DNA of 64,000 nucleotides, from assembly GCF_030384885.1 (NCBI RefSeq), contig NZ_CP128613.1; one strand, written 5' to 3'. The notes beneath the pieces were generated by a model. It was not told where the DNA came from. It worked only from the letters and a program-made list of their open reading frames with translations, and did no database searches. This stretch comes from Escherichia coli (lineage in GTDB: Bacteria; Pseudomonadota; Gammaproteobacteria; Enterobacterales; Enterobacteriaceae). Positions 25,668 to 43,331 of this stretch are shown here, in pieces. Made by a program: the position numbers and the translations under genes. Position 1 is the stretch's first letter. Each line of letters begins with the position of its first letter.

Positions 25668-26269
25668 TGATGAATAAAATCAGACTTTATATTCCTCCGT
25701 TAATTCTTGGTTTTGTTATTGTGCCGTTGTTGGTGTGGCCGACGGTGGTTGCGCTGGCTGCTTCTGTTATCACGCTGAGTTTTCTGGGAGAGATACTGTT
25801 CTCTATCCCGCTCATGATCAGGCGTATTTCACTTCTGCAATTACAACTATGGTTATCGGCTGAATATGCGCTTTTCTTCTGTGCAATGGTGGGCGTTGGT
25901 TGGCAATTTGCGCGCAGAACGCCACCTGAATTGAAAAGCAGACTGCATTGTTGGCTGGTATTTGCACCAGTTTATTTCTGGTTGCTCCTGTGGAATATCA
26001 TTTTCTATGTCGCGCCAGCGAATATTGCGTTGCTGGAGAATATGCGCAGTTTCTTTCTGACAGTTGTCTGGCTCCCACTGAATTTTTCGCCATTTTGGTC
26101 TCAACCGTGGATTGACTTTGTCGGTCCAATAAGCGCACAGCTTGGTTTTGCGTTGGGATATTATTGCCAGTGGCGTAGCAAAAATAGAAGCCAGATACGG
26201 AAGTGGAGTGAGTGGGGAACGTGCCTGAGTTTTGTTACGTTGGGTATGATGGCGTGGGCTTTGCGGTAA
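25667..26269 (+). CDS. islet 1 gene 3: small polytopic membrane protein, paralog of the gene-1 N-terminal domain
   Basis: 200 aa, 4-6 hydrophobic segments; PISAQLGFALGYYCQW resembles PVGAHISFSLGYGW in gene 1; start ATG overlaps the gene-2 stop (TAATG). Confidence 0.65.
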   Translation: MMNKIRLYIPPLILGFVIVPLLVWPTVVALAASVITLSFLGEILFSIPLMIRRISLLQLQLWLSAEYALFFCAMVGVGWQFARRTPPELKSRLHCWLVFAPVYFWLLLWNIIFYVAPANIALLENMRSFFLTVVWLPLNFSPFWSQPWIDFVGPISAQLGFALGYYCQWRSKNRSQIRKWSEWGTCLSFVTLGMMAWALR

Positions 26270-26376
26270 TTCCCTGACTCAAAAAGTAGGTCAGATTGTT
26301 GACAAAGTGCGCTTTGTTCATGCCGGATGCGACATGAACGTCTTATTGGCCTACAAGACCATGCAAATTGTAGTGG

Positions 26377-27626
<1,250 letters not shown>

Positions 27627-27647
27627 AATTCAATATATTGCATAAGC

Positions 27648-27678
27648 CACGTAGGCCTGATAAGCGTAGCGCATCAGG
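27648..27678. repeat. REP (repetitive extragenic palindromic) element
   Basis: gtaggcctgataagcgtagcgcatcaggca fits the REP pattern GCCTGATGCG...CTTATCAGGCCTAC. Confidence 0.7.
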
Positions 27679-27692
27679 CAGTTTTTTGTTTA

Positions 27693-27727
27693 TCATCAGT
27701 CTCAGGTCAGATTGAAATCTGACCTGG
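27693..27727 (-). terminator. glpD hairpin terminator
   Basis: Perfect palindrome caggtcagat-tgaa-atctgacctg, 16 bp downstream of the glpD stop on the minus strand. Confidence 0.65.
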
Positions 27728-27742
27728 CCACCTTACGTTAAT

Positions 27743-29248
27743 TTACGACGCCAGCGACAACCTCTGCTGCGTATATTCCCCTAGCCACTGACTCACACGG
27801 GATTGTTGCTGCGCATTCAGCCACATGCCTTGTTTTGTGCGACGCCACAGGGCATCGTCGGCGCGGCGGACCCATTCGTGGTCGACCAGATATTTCAGCT
27901 CTGCTTCGTAAAACTCATGCCCGAAATCCTCCCCAAGATCGCTTACCGCCCCCGCATTGCCGAGCAGCAGCTCGCTATTGCTGCCGTAAGTGCGCGCGTA
28001 GTGACGTGCCAGCGATTCAGTCAGGAACGGGTAACGGCGGCGCAGGCGGGCGGCGTAATCGTCGCGGTCGCCTTCAATGGCTCCGCCCGGCAGCACGCTC
28101 TCTTTCGTCCACGCTGGGCCAATGCCCTGATAATATGGCGTCAGTTTTTCCAGCGCGTGTTCCGCCAGTTTGCGGTAGGTGGTCAGCTTACCGCCGAATA
28201 CCGATAACAGCGGAGCTTTGCCGTTTTCATCATGGATATCAAGGGTGTAATCACGGGTAATGGCCTGCGGCGAATCAGATTCATCATCACACAGTGGACG
28301 CACGCCGGAGTAGGTCCAGACGATATCATCCCGGCTTAGCGGCTTTTTAAAGTGCGCGTTATACACTTTCAGCAGGTAATTGATTTCACTCTCTTCAATC
28401 TTCACCGCTTTCGGATCGCCTTTATACTCCACATCGGTGGTGCCGATAATGGAAAACTCGTCCATCCACGGGATCACGAAGACAATACGTTTATCTTCGT
28501 TTTGCAGAATGTAGGCTTGCTTCTGGGTATGCACACGCGGCACGACAATATGGCTGCCTTTGATCAGGCGAATGCCATAAGGTGAGGGTAGATGCATACC
28601 GTCGTCGAAGAACTGCTTCACCCACGGGCCGGTGGCGTTCACGAGGCCGCGCGCTTGCCAGCTATATTTTTTGCCGGTATCGATATCTTCCGCTTCCACA
28701 ATCCACAGGCCGTTTTCGCGGCGAGCAGAAGTGGCACGAGTACGGGTAAGCACTTCACCGCCTTTACGCACCACCATCTGGGCGTTGGCGAGTACCAGAC
28801 GGGCGTCGTCTACCCAACAGTCGGAATATTCGAATCCGCGCTTAATTTCCGGTTTTAACACTGAATTTGCGCCAAAACGCAAACCGGTTGATCCCGGCAG
28901 GCTGGTGCGTTTACCCAGATGATCGTACATAAACAGACCAATACGGATCATCCACGCCGGACGCAGATGCGGGCGATGCGGCAGGCGAAAACGCATCGGG
29001 AAAGCGATATGGGGAGCCATTTTCAGCAACACTTCACGTTCAGCCAGCGCCTCGCTGACCAGGCGGAATTCATAGTGCTCAAGGTAGCGCAGGCCACCAT
29101 GAATGAGTTTTGAACTGGCGGAAGAGGTCGCACAAGCGAGATCCTGCGCCTCCAGCATCAGCACGGATAAACCGCGTCCAGCGGCGTCTGCCGCGATACC
29201 AGCACCATTGATGCCGCCACCTATCACAATCAGATCTTTGGTTTCCAT
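27743..29248 (-). CDS. glpD: aerobic glycerol-3-phosphate dehydrogenase GlpD
   Basis: Start set at METKDLIVIGGGINGAGIA (FAD-binding GxGxxG); 501 aa. Confidence 0.96.
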   Translation of the reverse strand: METKDLIVIGGGINGAGIAADAAGRGLSVLMLEAQDLACATSSASSKLIHGGLRYLEHYEFRLVSEALAEREVLLKMAPHIAFPMRFRLPHRPHLRPAWMIRIGLFMYDHLGKRTSLPGSTGLRFGANSVLKPEIKRGFEYSDCWVDDARLVLANAQMVVRKGGEVLTRTRATSARRENGLWIVEAEDIDTGKKYSWQARGLVNATGPWVKQFFDDGMHLPSPYGIRLIKGSHIVVPRVHTQKQAYILQNEDKRIVFVIPWMDEFSIIGTTDVEYKGDPKAVKIEESEINYLLKVYNAHFKKPLSRDDIVWTYSGVRPLCDDESDSPQAITRDYTLDIHDENGKAPLLSVFGGKLTTYRKLAEHALEKLTPYYQGIGPAWTKESVLPGGAIEGDRDDYAARLRRRYPFLTESLARHYARTYGSNSELLLGNAGAVSDLGEDFGHEFYEAELKYLVDHEWVRRADDALWRRTKQGMWLNAQQQSRVSQWLGEYTQQRLSLAS

Positions 29249-29279
29249 GCTGCCCTCATTCACTTTCGTTAAAGCTCAT

Positions 29280-29301
29280 AAATGTTCGTTATCGAACATA
29301 T
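29280..29301. promoter_or_regulatory. GlpR operator in the glpD/glpE divergent control region
   Basis: Near-perfect palindrome aaATGTTCGTTATCGAACATat. Confidence 0.7.
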
Positions 29302-29359
29302 TAGCAAAGAATCGCGCTTTGGGTAACATTGAAAAAACATTTTAGAGTGATATGTATAA

Positions 29360-29764
<405 letters not shown>

Positions 29765-29796
29765 CGCTTTATACTGTCCCCTTTTGTGTGGAATAA

Positions 29797-30639
<843 letters not shown>

Positions 30640-30655
30640 TTCCAGGGATTTATAA

Positions 30656-31414
30656 ATGAAACAAACACAACGTCACAACGGTATTATTGAACTGGTTAAA
30701 CAGCAGGGTTATGTCAGCACCGAAGAACTGGTGGAACACTTCTCCGTCAGTCCGCAGACTATTCGTCGTGACCTCAACGAGCTGGCGGAGCAAAACCTGA
30801 TCCTGCGTCACCATGGCGGCGCGGCACTGCCTTCCAGTTCGGTTAACACGCCGTGGCACGATCGTAAGGCCACCCAGACCGAAGAAAAAGAGCGTATTGC
30901 CCGCAAAGTGGCGGAGCAAATTCCTAACGGCTCGACGCTATTTATTGATATCGGCACCACGCCGGAAGCGGTGGCGCACGCGCTGCTTAATCACAGCAAT
31001 TTGCGCATTGTGACCAACAATCTCAACGTCGCTAACACGCTGATGGTGAAAGACGATTTCCGCATTATCCTCGCCGGTGGCGAATTACGCAGCCGCGATG
31101 GTGGGATCATTGGCGAAGCGACGCTCGATTTTATCTCCCAGTTCCGCCTCGACTTCGGGATTCTGGGGATCAGCGGCATCGATAGCGACGGCTCGCTGCT
31201 GGAGTTCGATTACCACGAAGTTCGCACCAAACGCGCTATTATTGAGAACTCGCGCCACGTTATGCTGGTTGTCGATCACTCGAAATTTGGCCGTAATGCG
31301 ATGGTCAATATGGGCAGCATCAGCATGGTCGATGCCGTCTACACCGACGCCCCGCCACCAGCGAGCGTGATGCAGGTGCTGACAGACCATCATATTCAGC
31401 TGGAGCTGTGCTGA
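30656..31414 (+). CDS. glpR: DeoR-family glycerol-3-phosphate regulon repressor GlpR
   Basis: 252 aa; N-terminal HTH (RHNGIIELVKQQGYVSTEELVEHFSVSPQTIRRDL). Confidence 0.94.
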   Translation: MKQTQRHNGIIELVKQQGYVSTEELVEHFSVSPQTIRRDLNELAEQNLILRHHGGAALPSSSVNTPWHDRKATQTEEKERIARKVAEQIPNGSTLFIDIGTTPEAVAHALLNHSNLRIVTNNLNVANTLMVKDDFRIILAGGELRSRDGGIIGEATLDFISQFRLDFGILGISGIDSDGSLLEFDYHEVRTKRAIIENSRHVMLVVDHSKFGRNAMVNMGSISMVDAVYTDAPPPASVMQVLTDHHIQLELC

Positions 31415-32994
31415 TCCTGCACGGCTTCCCACGTCAGACCAAAACGCGCCAGGTATTTGCGTAGCCGATCCGCGTCGTTGACGCTGGCTTTGCCCTGGCG
31501 CGAAACATCAAAGAGTTCACGCCCGGCAGCGGAAAGCGATTTTGCCTGACGGCAAACGACGATAACGTTTTCCAGTTGCATGCGGTCAAAGAGATCGATG
31601 TTTTCCGCTTCAGCGCCCAGTAGCGGTGTAAGCACGGAAGGGCGGCTTTCCTGCCAGTTATAGCGCAGACGGTTTATCTCATCTTCAACCACTTCCAGAG
31701 TGATGCGTCCGCTAGTGGCAAAGGTTGCCATTCGCGTGACGCTGGCAGAAAGCTCGCGAAAGTTACCGCGCCATGTTGCCTGGGGAGATGTCGCAAAGGC
31801 CAGCCAGGCGCGCCTCGCTTCGGTGTTAAAACGTACGCTGTCGCCGGTGAGTGAGGCGTGGCGCTCCACTTCATAATCCAGGTTCGGTTCAATATCTTCC
31901 TGGCGCTGGCGTAGACCCGGCAGGGTGAAGGTCCAGAGATTGATCCGCGCGTACAGGTCTTCGCGAAATTTGCCTTCGGCAACCAGCTGACGCAAATCGC
32001 GCACCGTTCCGGCGATCAGCTGAAAATCACTGCTCACCTGGCGATCGCTACCAAACGGGTAAAAGGTTTTCTCTTCAATGGCTTTTAGCAACATTGCCTG
32101 TTCGTCTGCGCCCAGTTCGCCAATCTCATCAAGAAACAACATGCCGCCGTTGGCACTGCGTAATAATCCTTCACGAGATTCCCGCGCCCCGGTAAACGCG
32201 CCTTTTACATGACCAAACAGCGTCGACATGGCGGTATCACCGCGCAGGGTGGCGCAGTTCACTTCCACAAACGCGCCGCTAAACTGATGCCGCGCCTGTT
32301 TTAACTCGAAGATGCGTCGTGCCAGAAACGACTTTCCCGCACCGGTCGGGCCGTTAAGCAGGATCGGTGCGCGGGATTTGATCGCCACTTTTTCGATCTG
32401 CTCAATCATGCGGTTGAAGTGGGCGTTACGCGTGGCAATGCCGGATTTGAGGAAATCGAGGGTTTGCTGGCGTTCTTCGGCAAAGCGGCTGGCGATGGCG
32501 TTATAACGGCTTAAATCGAGATCGATAATCGTCACTTCACCTGCGCCGCGCGGTTGTTCTTTTTTGCGCGGTGGTGAAGATTGTATCAACCGGGCGGGCA
32601 AGTAACGCGCTTCTGCCAGCAGAAACCAGCAAATCTGCGCGACGTGGGTACCGGTGGTGATGTGAATTAAATAGTCTTCTTTATCAGGTTCGAACGCGTA
32701 ACCACGGGCGAAATCATGCAGGCAGGCGTAAACCTCCTCGAAATCCCACGGGTTATGCAGTTCAATCTCAACGCTCACCACTTCTGTTTCTGGCGAAACA
32801 TTGGCGATATCGCGTTTAAGCGTTTCAAACAGCGAGCGTGAGCGGGCGTCGTGCAACAATTCCAGTCGATTGATGACTAACGATTCTTGCTGGCATAGAC
32901 AGAGTGACGGACGCCATTTCGACCATCGCTGACTGCCGCGCCCGGCATAATCCAGTACGGTGCCGACAAAGCCAAAAGCCACTGTTTTACGCAT
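31396..32994 (-). CDS. rtcR: sigma-54-dependent transcriptional activator RtcR
   Basis: 532 aa; AAA+ sigma-54 activator motifs (GPTGAGKS, GAFTGA). Confidence 0.93.
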   Translation of the reverse strand: MRKTVAFGFVGTVLDYAGRGSQRWSKWRPSLCLCQQESLVINRLELLHDARSRSLFETLKRDIANVSPETEVVSVEIELHNPWDFEEVYACLHDFARGYAFEPDKEDYLIHITTGTHVAQICWFLLAEARYLPARLIQSSPPRKKEQPRGAGEVTIIDLDLSRYNAIASRFAEERQQTLDFLKSGIATRNAHFNRMIEQIEKVAIKSRAPILLNGPTGAGKSFLARRIFELKQARHQFSGAFVEVNCATLRGDTAMSTLFGHVKGAFTGARESREGLLRSANGGMLFLDEIGELGADEQAMLLKAIEEKTFYPFGSDRQVSSDFQLIAGTVRDLRQLVAEGKFREDLYARINLWTFTLPGLRQRQEDIEPNLDYEVERHASLTGDSVRFNTEARRAWLAFATSPQATWRGNFRELSASVTRMATFATSGRITLEVVEDEINRLRYNWQESRPSVLTPLLGAEAENIDLFDRMQLENVIVVCRQAKSLSAAGRELFDVSRQGKASVNDADRLRKYLARFGLTWEAVQDQHSSS

Positions 32995-33127
32995 CTTAGA
33001 TATCCTTATAAAAGACGATATTTCATTATCGGCGAATTGGCTTTGCGGGAAATCTCCGCTTACGGACGTAAAGATTTAATCTATTAAAAACAATGAATTA
33101 AAAAATTAAGCTGCTTATTTAATTTTC

Positions 33128-33143
33128 TGGCACGACGGTTGCA
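33128..33143 (+). promoter_or_regulatory. sigma-54 (-24/-12) promoter of rtcBA
   Basis: TGGCACgacggTTGCA matches the TGGCAC-N5-TTGCA consensus, about 40 bp upstream of the rtcB start. Confidence 0.8.
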
Positions 33144-33181
33144 ATTATCAGGACAGCAAACAACGAAAAGAGAAAAACAAA

Positions 33182-34408
33182 ATGAATTACGAATTACTGA
33201 CCACTGAAAATGCCCCGGTAAAAATGTGGACCAAAGGCGTGCCGGTAGAGGCCGATGCGCGTCAGCAACTTATTAATACGGCGAAGATGCCGTTTATTTT
33301 CAAACATATTGCGGTAATGCCGGATGTACACCTGGGTAAAGGTTCCACCATTGGTAGCGTGATCCCAACCAAAGGAGCGATTATTCCGGCGGCGGTGGGG
33401 GTAGATATCGGTTGTGGAATGAACGCACTGCGAACTGCGTTAACGGCGGCTGACCTGCCTGAAAACCTGGCGGAGCTGCGTCAGGCGATTGAAACTGCCG
33501 TGCCGCACGGACGTTCCAATAATCGTAGCCGTCGTGATAAAGGCGCATGGGAGCATCCGCCTGTTAACGTCGATGCTAAATGGGCCGAGCTGGAAGCTGG
33601 TTATCAGTGGTTAACGCAAAAATATCCGCGTTTCCTTAACACTAATAACTATAAACATCTGGGAACGCTGGGAACGGGTAACCACTTTATTGAAATCTGC
33701 CTTGATGAGTCGGACCAGGTGTGGATTATGCTGCACTCCGGTTCACGCGGAATTGGTAATGCCATCGGGACTTACTTTATCGATCTGGCACAAAAAGAGA
33801 TGCAGGAAACGCTTGAAACGTTGCCATCGCGTGACCTGGCGTACTTTATGGAAGGTACGGAATACTTTGATGATTACCTGAAAGCGGTGGCCTGGGCGCA
33901 GCTTTTTGCCAGCCTTAACCGCGATGCGATGATGGAAAATGTGGTAACGGCGTTGCAGAGCGTTACGCAGAAAACGGTAAGACAGCCACAAACGCTGGCG
34001 ATGGAAGAGATCAACTGTCACCACAACTATGTGCAAAAAGAACAGCACTTTGGCGAAGAGATCTATGTGACGCGTAAAGGCGCGGTGTCTGCGCGTGCTG
34101 GTCAATATGGAATTATTCCCGGTTCGATGGGGGCGAAAAGCTTTATTGTCCGTGGGCTGGGAAATGAAGAGTCGTTCTGTTCGTGCAGCCACGGTGCCGG
34201 GCGGGTAATGAGCCGTACTAAAGCGAAAAAACTGTTCAGCGTGGAAGATCAAATTCGTGCCACCGCGCATGTGGAATGCCGTAAAGATGCCGAAGTGATC
34301 GACGAAATCCCGATGGCGTATAAAGATATCGACGCGGTGATGGCGGCACAAAGCGATCTGGTGGAAGTTATCTACACCCTGCGTCAGGTGGTGTGTGTAA
34401 AAGGATAA
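33182..34408 (+). CDS. rtcB: RNA-splicing ligase RtcB
   Basis: 408 aa; conserved RtcB metal/GTP-binding His/Cys motifs. Confidence 0.95.
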   Translation: MNYELLTTENAPVKMWTKGVPVEADARQQLINTAKMPFIFKHIAVMPDVHLGKGSTIGSVIPTKGAIIPAAVGVDIGCGMNALRTALTAADLPENLAELRQAIETAVPHGRSNNRSRRDKGAWEHPPVNVDAKWAELEAGYQWLTQKYPRFLNTNNYKHLGTLGTGNHFIEICLDESDQVWIMLHSGSRGIGNAIGTYFIDLAQKEMQETLETLPSRDLAYFMEGTEYFDDYLKAVAWAQLFASLNRDAMMENVVTALQSVTQKTVRQPQTLAMEEINCHHNYVQKEQHFGEEIYVTRKGAVSARAGQYGIIPGSMGAKSFIVRGLGNEESFCSCSHGAGRVMSRTKAKKLFSVEDQIRATAHVECRKDAEVIDEIPMAYKDIDAVMAAQSDLVEVIYTLRQVVCVKG

Positions 34409-35428
<1,020 letters not shown>

Positions 35429-35470
35429 TATAAAGATGTAAGCCGGAACCGACGTATTATCCGGCTAAAC

Positions 35471-38182
<2,712 letters not shown>

Positions 38183-38683
38183 TCACTTCACTGTGGAAAA
38201 TGAGGAAATATTATTTTTTTTGCGCTTCGTAATTAATGGTTATAAGGTCGGCCAGAAACCCTTCTAATGCAAGCGATGACGTTTTTTTATGTGTCTGAAT
38301 TTGCACTGTGTCACAATTCCAAATGTTTATTAACAACTCACCTAATAACGACGCTGATGCAGCGTGAATACTGGGTTTTACGGTATTTTCCTCATGTTCA
38401 TCAGTTTCATTTAAGCAAGGGAGTCTTCTCAATTCCTGATGAAAGAGCCATCTAAAAAGAGGATCTTAATAAACCTATTAAGAATGAGATGGAACAAACT
38501 GGATGTTTTACTTATGAAACTGTTTCACTCCTTTACTTAATTTATAGAGTTACCTTCCGCCTTTTGAAAATACACAACGGCCATTTTTTGCACCTAGATA
38601 CAGATTTTCTGCGCTGTATGGCATTGATTTGCTGCTAATCCTGTGGATTGCACTAGGTTTAAGTGGTCGAGATCACATTTCCT

Positions 38684-38730
38684 TGCTCATCCCCGCAACT
38701 CCTCCCTGCCTAATCCCCCGCAGGATGAGG
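38684..38730 (+). promoter_or_regulatory. MalT boxes of the malPQ promoter
   Basis: Three GGA(T/G)GA-type boxes: gctcatcccc (reverse), aactcctccc (reverse), caggatgagg (forward), 70-115 bp upstream of the malP start. Confidence 0.65.
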
Positions 38731-38775
38731 AAGGTCAACATCGAGCCTGGCAAACTAGCGATAACGTTGTGTTGA

Positions 38776-41193
<2,418 letters not shown>

Positions 41194-41202
41194 GGAAGCT
41201 CG

Positions 41203-43287
41203 ATGGAAAGCAAACGTCTGGATAATGCCGCGCTGGCGGCGGGGATCAGCCCCAATTACATCAATGCCCACGGTAAACCGCAGTCGATTAGCGCCGAAAC
41301 CAAACGGCGTTTGCTTGACGCGATGCATCAACGTACCGCCACGAAAGTGGCGGTAACGCCAGTCCCGAATGTCATGGTCTATACCAGCGGCAAAAAAATG
41401 CCGATGGCGGTGGAGGGCAGCGGCGAATATAGCTGGCTGCTGACCACCGAAGAAGGAACGCAGTACAAAGGCCATGTAACGGGGGGCAAAGCGTTCAATT
41501 TACCGACGAAGTTGCCGGAAGGTTATCACACGTTGACACTCACCCAGGACGACCAGCGCGCGCATTGCCGGGTGATTGTCGCCCCGAAACGCTGTTACGA
41601 ACCGCAGGCGTTGCTGAATAAACAAAAGCTGTGGGGCGCCTGCGTCCAGCTTTATACGCTGCGATCGGAAAAAAACTGGGGTATTGGGGATTTTGGCGAT
41701 CTCAAAGTGATGCTGGTGGATGTGGCAAAACGTGGCGGGGCTTTCATCGGTCTGAACCCGATTCATGCGCTCTATCCGGCAAATCCGGAAAGTGCCAGTC
41801 CGTATAGCCCGTCTTCTCGTCGCTGGCTAAATGTGGTTTATATCGACGTTAACGCCGTCGAAGATTTCCATCTTAGCGAAGAGGCTCAGGCCTGGTGGCA
41901 GTTACCGACCACGCAACAGACGCTGCAACAGGCACGGGATGCCGACTGGGTCGATTACTCCACCGTCACTGCGCTGAAAATGACAGCATTGCGGATGGCG
42001 TGGAAAGGTTTTGCGCAACGTGATGATGAGCAGATGGCCGCGTTTCGCCAGTTTGTTGCAGAGCAGGGCGACAGCCTGTTCTGGCAGGCGGCGTTTGACG
42101 CGTTACATGCCCAGCAAGTGAAAGAAGACGAAATGCGCTGGGGCTGGCCTGCATGGCCAGAGATGTATCAGAACGTGGATTCACCAGAAGTGCGTCAGTT
42201 CTGCGAAGAACATCGTGATGACGTCGATTTTTATCTCTGGTTGCAGTGGCTGGCTTACAGCCAGTTTGCCGCCTGCTGGGAGATAAGCCAGGGCCATGAA
42301 ATGCCGATTGGCTTGTACCGTGATCTGGCGGTTGGCGTAGCAGAGGGTGGAGCAGAAACCTGGTGCGACCGGGAGTTGTATTGCCTGAAAGCGTCGGTGG
42401 GCGCGCCGCCGGATATCCTCGGCCCGTTGGGGCAGAACTGGGGATTGCCGCCGATGGATCCGCATATCATCACCGCGCGTGCCTATGAACCGTTTATCGA
42501 GCTGTTGCGTGCCAATATGCAAAACTGCGGCGCGTTGCGAATTGACCATGTGATGTCGATGCTGCGTTTGTGGTGGATACCGTATGGCGAGACGGCAGAT
42601 CAGGGCGCGTATGTTCACTATCCGGTAGATGATCTGCTCTCGATTCTGGCACTCGAAAGTAAGCGCCATCGCTGCATGGTGATTGGTGAAGACCTCGGCA
42701 CTGTACCGGTAGAGATTGTCGGTAAACTGCGCAGCAGCGGTGTGTACTCCTACAAAGTGCTCTATTTCGAAAGCGACCACGAGAAGACATTCCGCGCGCC
42801 GAAAGCGTATCCGGAGCAGTCGATGGCGGTTGCGGCGACACACGACCTGCCTACACTGCGTGGCTACTGGGAGAGCGGGGATTTAACACTGGGCAAAACG
42901 CTGGGGCTGTACCCGGATGAAGTGGTATTGCGCGGTCTGTATCAGGATCGCGAACTGGCGAAGCAAGGGTTACTGGATGCACTGCATAAACATGGTTGCC
43001 TGCCAAAACGTGCGGGGCATAAGGCATCGTTAATGTCGATGACGCCGATGCTTAATCGTGGTTTGCAACGTTATATCGCTGATAGTAACAGTGCTCTGTT
43101 AGGGCTTCAGCCAGAAGACTGGCTGGATATGGCCGAACCGGTAAATATTCCCGGAACCAGTTACCAGTATAAAAACTGGCGGCGCAAGCTTTCCGCAACG
43201 CTTGAGACGATGTTTGCTGATGATGGCGTGAACAAGTTGCTGAAGGATTTGGACAGACGGCGCAGAGCGGCTGCGAAGAAGCAGTAG
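41203..43287 (+). CDS. malQ: 4-alpha-glucanotransferase (amylomaltase) MalQ
   Basis: 694-aa ORF directly downstream of malP. Confidence 0.96.
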   Translation: MESKRLDNAALAAGISPNYINAHGKPQSISAETKRRLLDAMHQRTATKVAVTPVPNVMVYTSGKKMPMAVEGSGEYSWLLTTEEGTQYKGHVTGGKAFNLPTKLPEGYHTLTLTQDDQRAHCRVIVAPKRCYEPQALLNKQKLWGACVQLYTLRSEKNWGIGDFGDLKVMLVDVAKRGGAFIGLNPIHALYPANPESASPYSPSSRRWLNVVYIDVNAVEDFHLSEEAQAWWQLPTTQQTLQQARDADWVDYSTVTALKMTALRMAWKGFAQRDDEQMAAFRQFVAEQGDSLFWQAAFDALHAQQVKEDEMRWGWPAWPEMYQNVDSPEVRQFCEEHRDDVDFYLWLQWLAYSQFAACWEISQGHEMPIGLYRDLAVGVAEGGAETWCDRELYCLKASVGAPPDILGPLGQNWGLPPMDPHIITARAYEPFIELLRANMQNCGALRIDHVMSMLRLWWIPYGETADQGAYVHYPVDDLLSILALESKRHRCMVIGEDLGTVPVEIVGKLRSSGVYSYKVLYFESDHEKTFRAPKAYPEQSMAVAATHDLPTLRGYWESGDLTLGKTLGLYPDEVVLRGLYQDRELAKQGLLDALHKHGCLPKRAGHKASLMSMTPMLNRGLQRYIADSNSALLGLQPEDWLDMAEPVNIPGTSYQYKNWRRKLSATLETMFADDGVNKLLKDLDRRRRAAAKKQ

Positions 43288-43299
43288 AGAGCGGTTGAT

Positions 43300-43320
43300 G
43301 CCGGATGCGATGCATCCGGC
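43300..43320. terminator. bidirectional hairpin between malQ and gntT
   Basis: gccggatgc-gat-gcatccggc perfect stem between convergent genes. Confidence 0.6.
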
Positions 43321-43331
43321 AGTCAGTGTTA

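Noticed and set aside
38287-38320. Possible CRP site in the malT promoter region (tgcactgtgtcacaat)
   Set aside because: The half-site spacing does not fit TGTGA-N6-TCACA, so I could not place the known malT CRP site confidently by eye.
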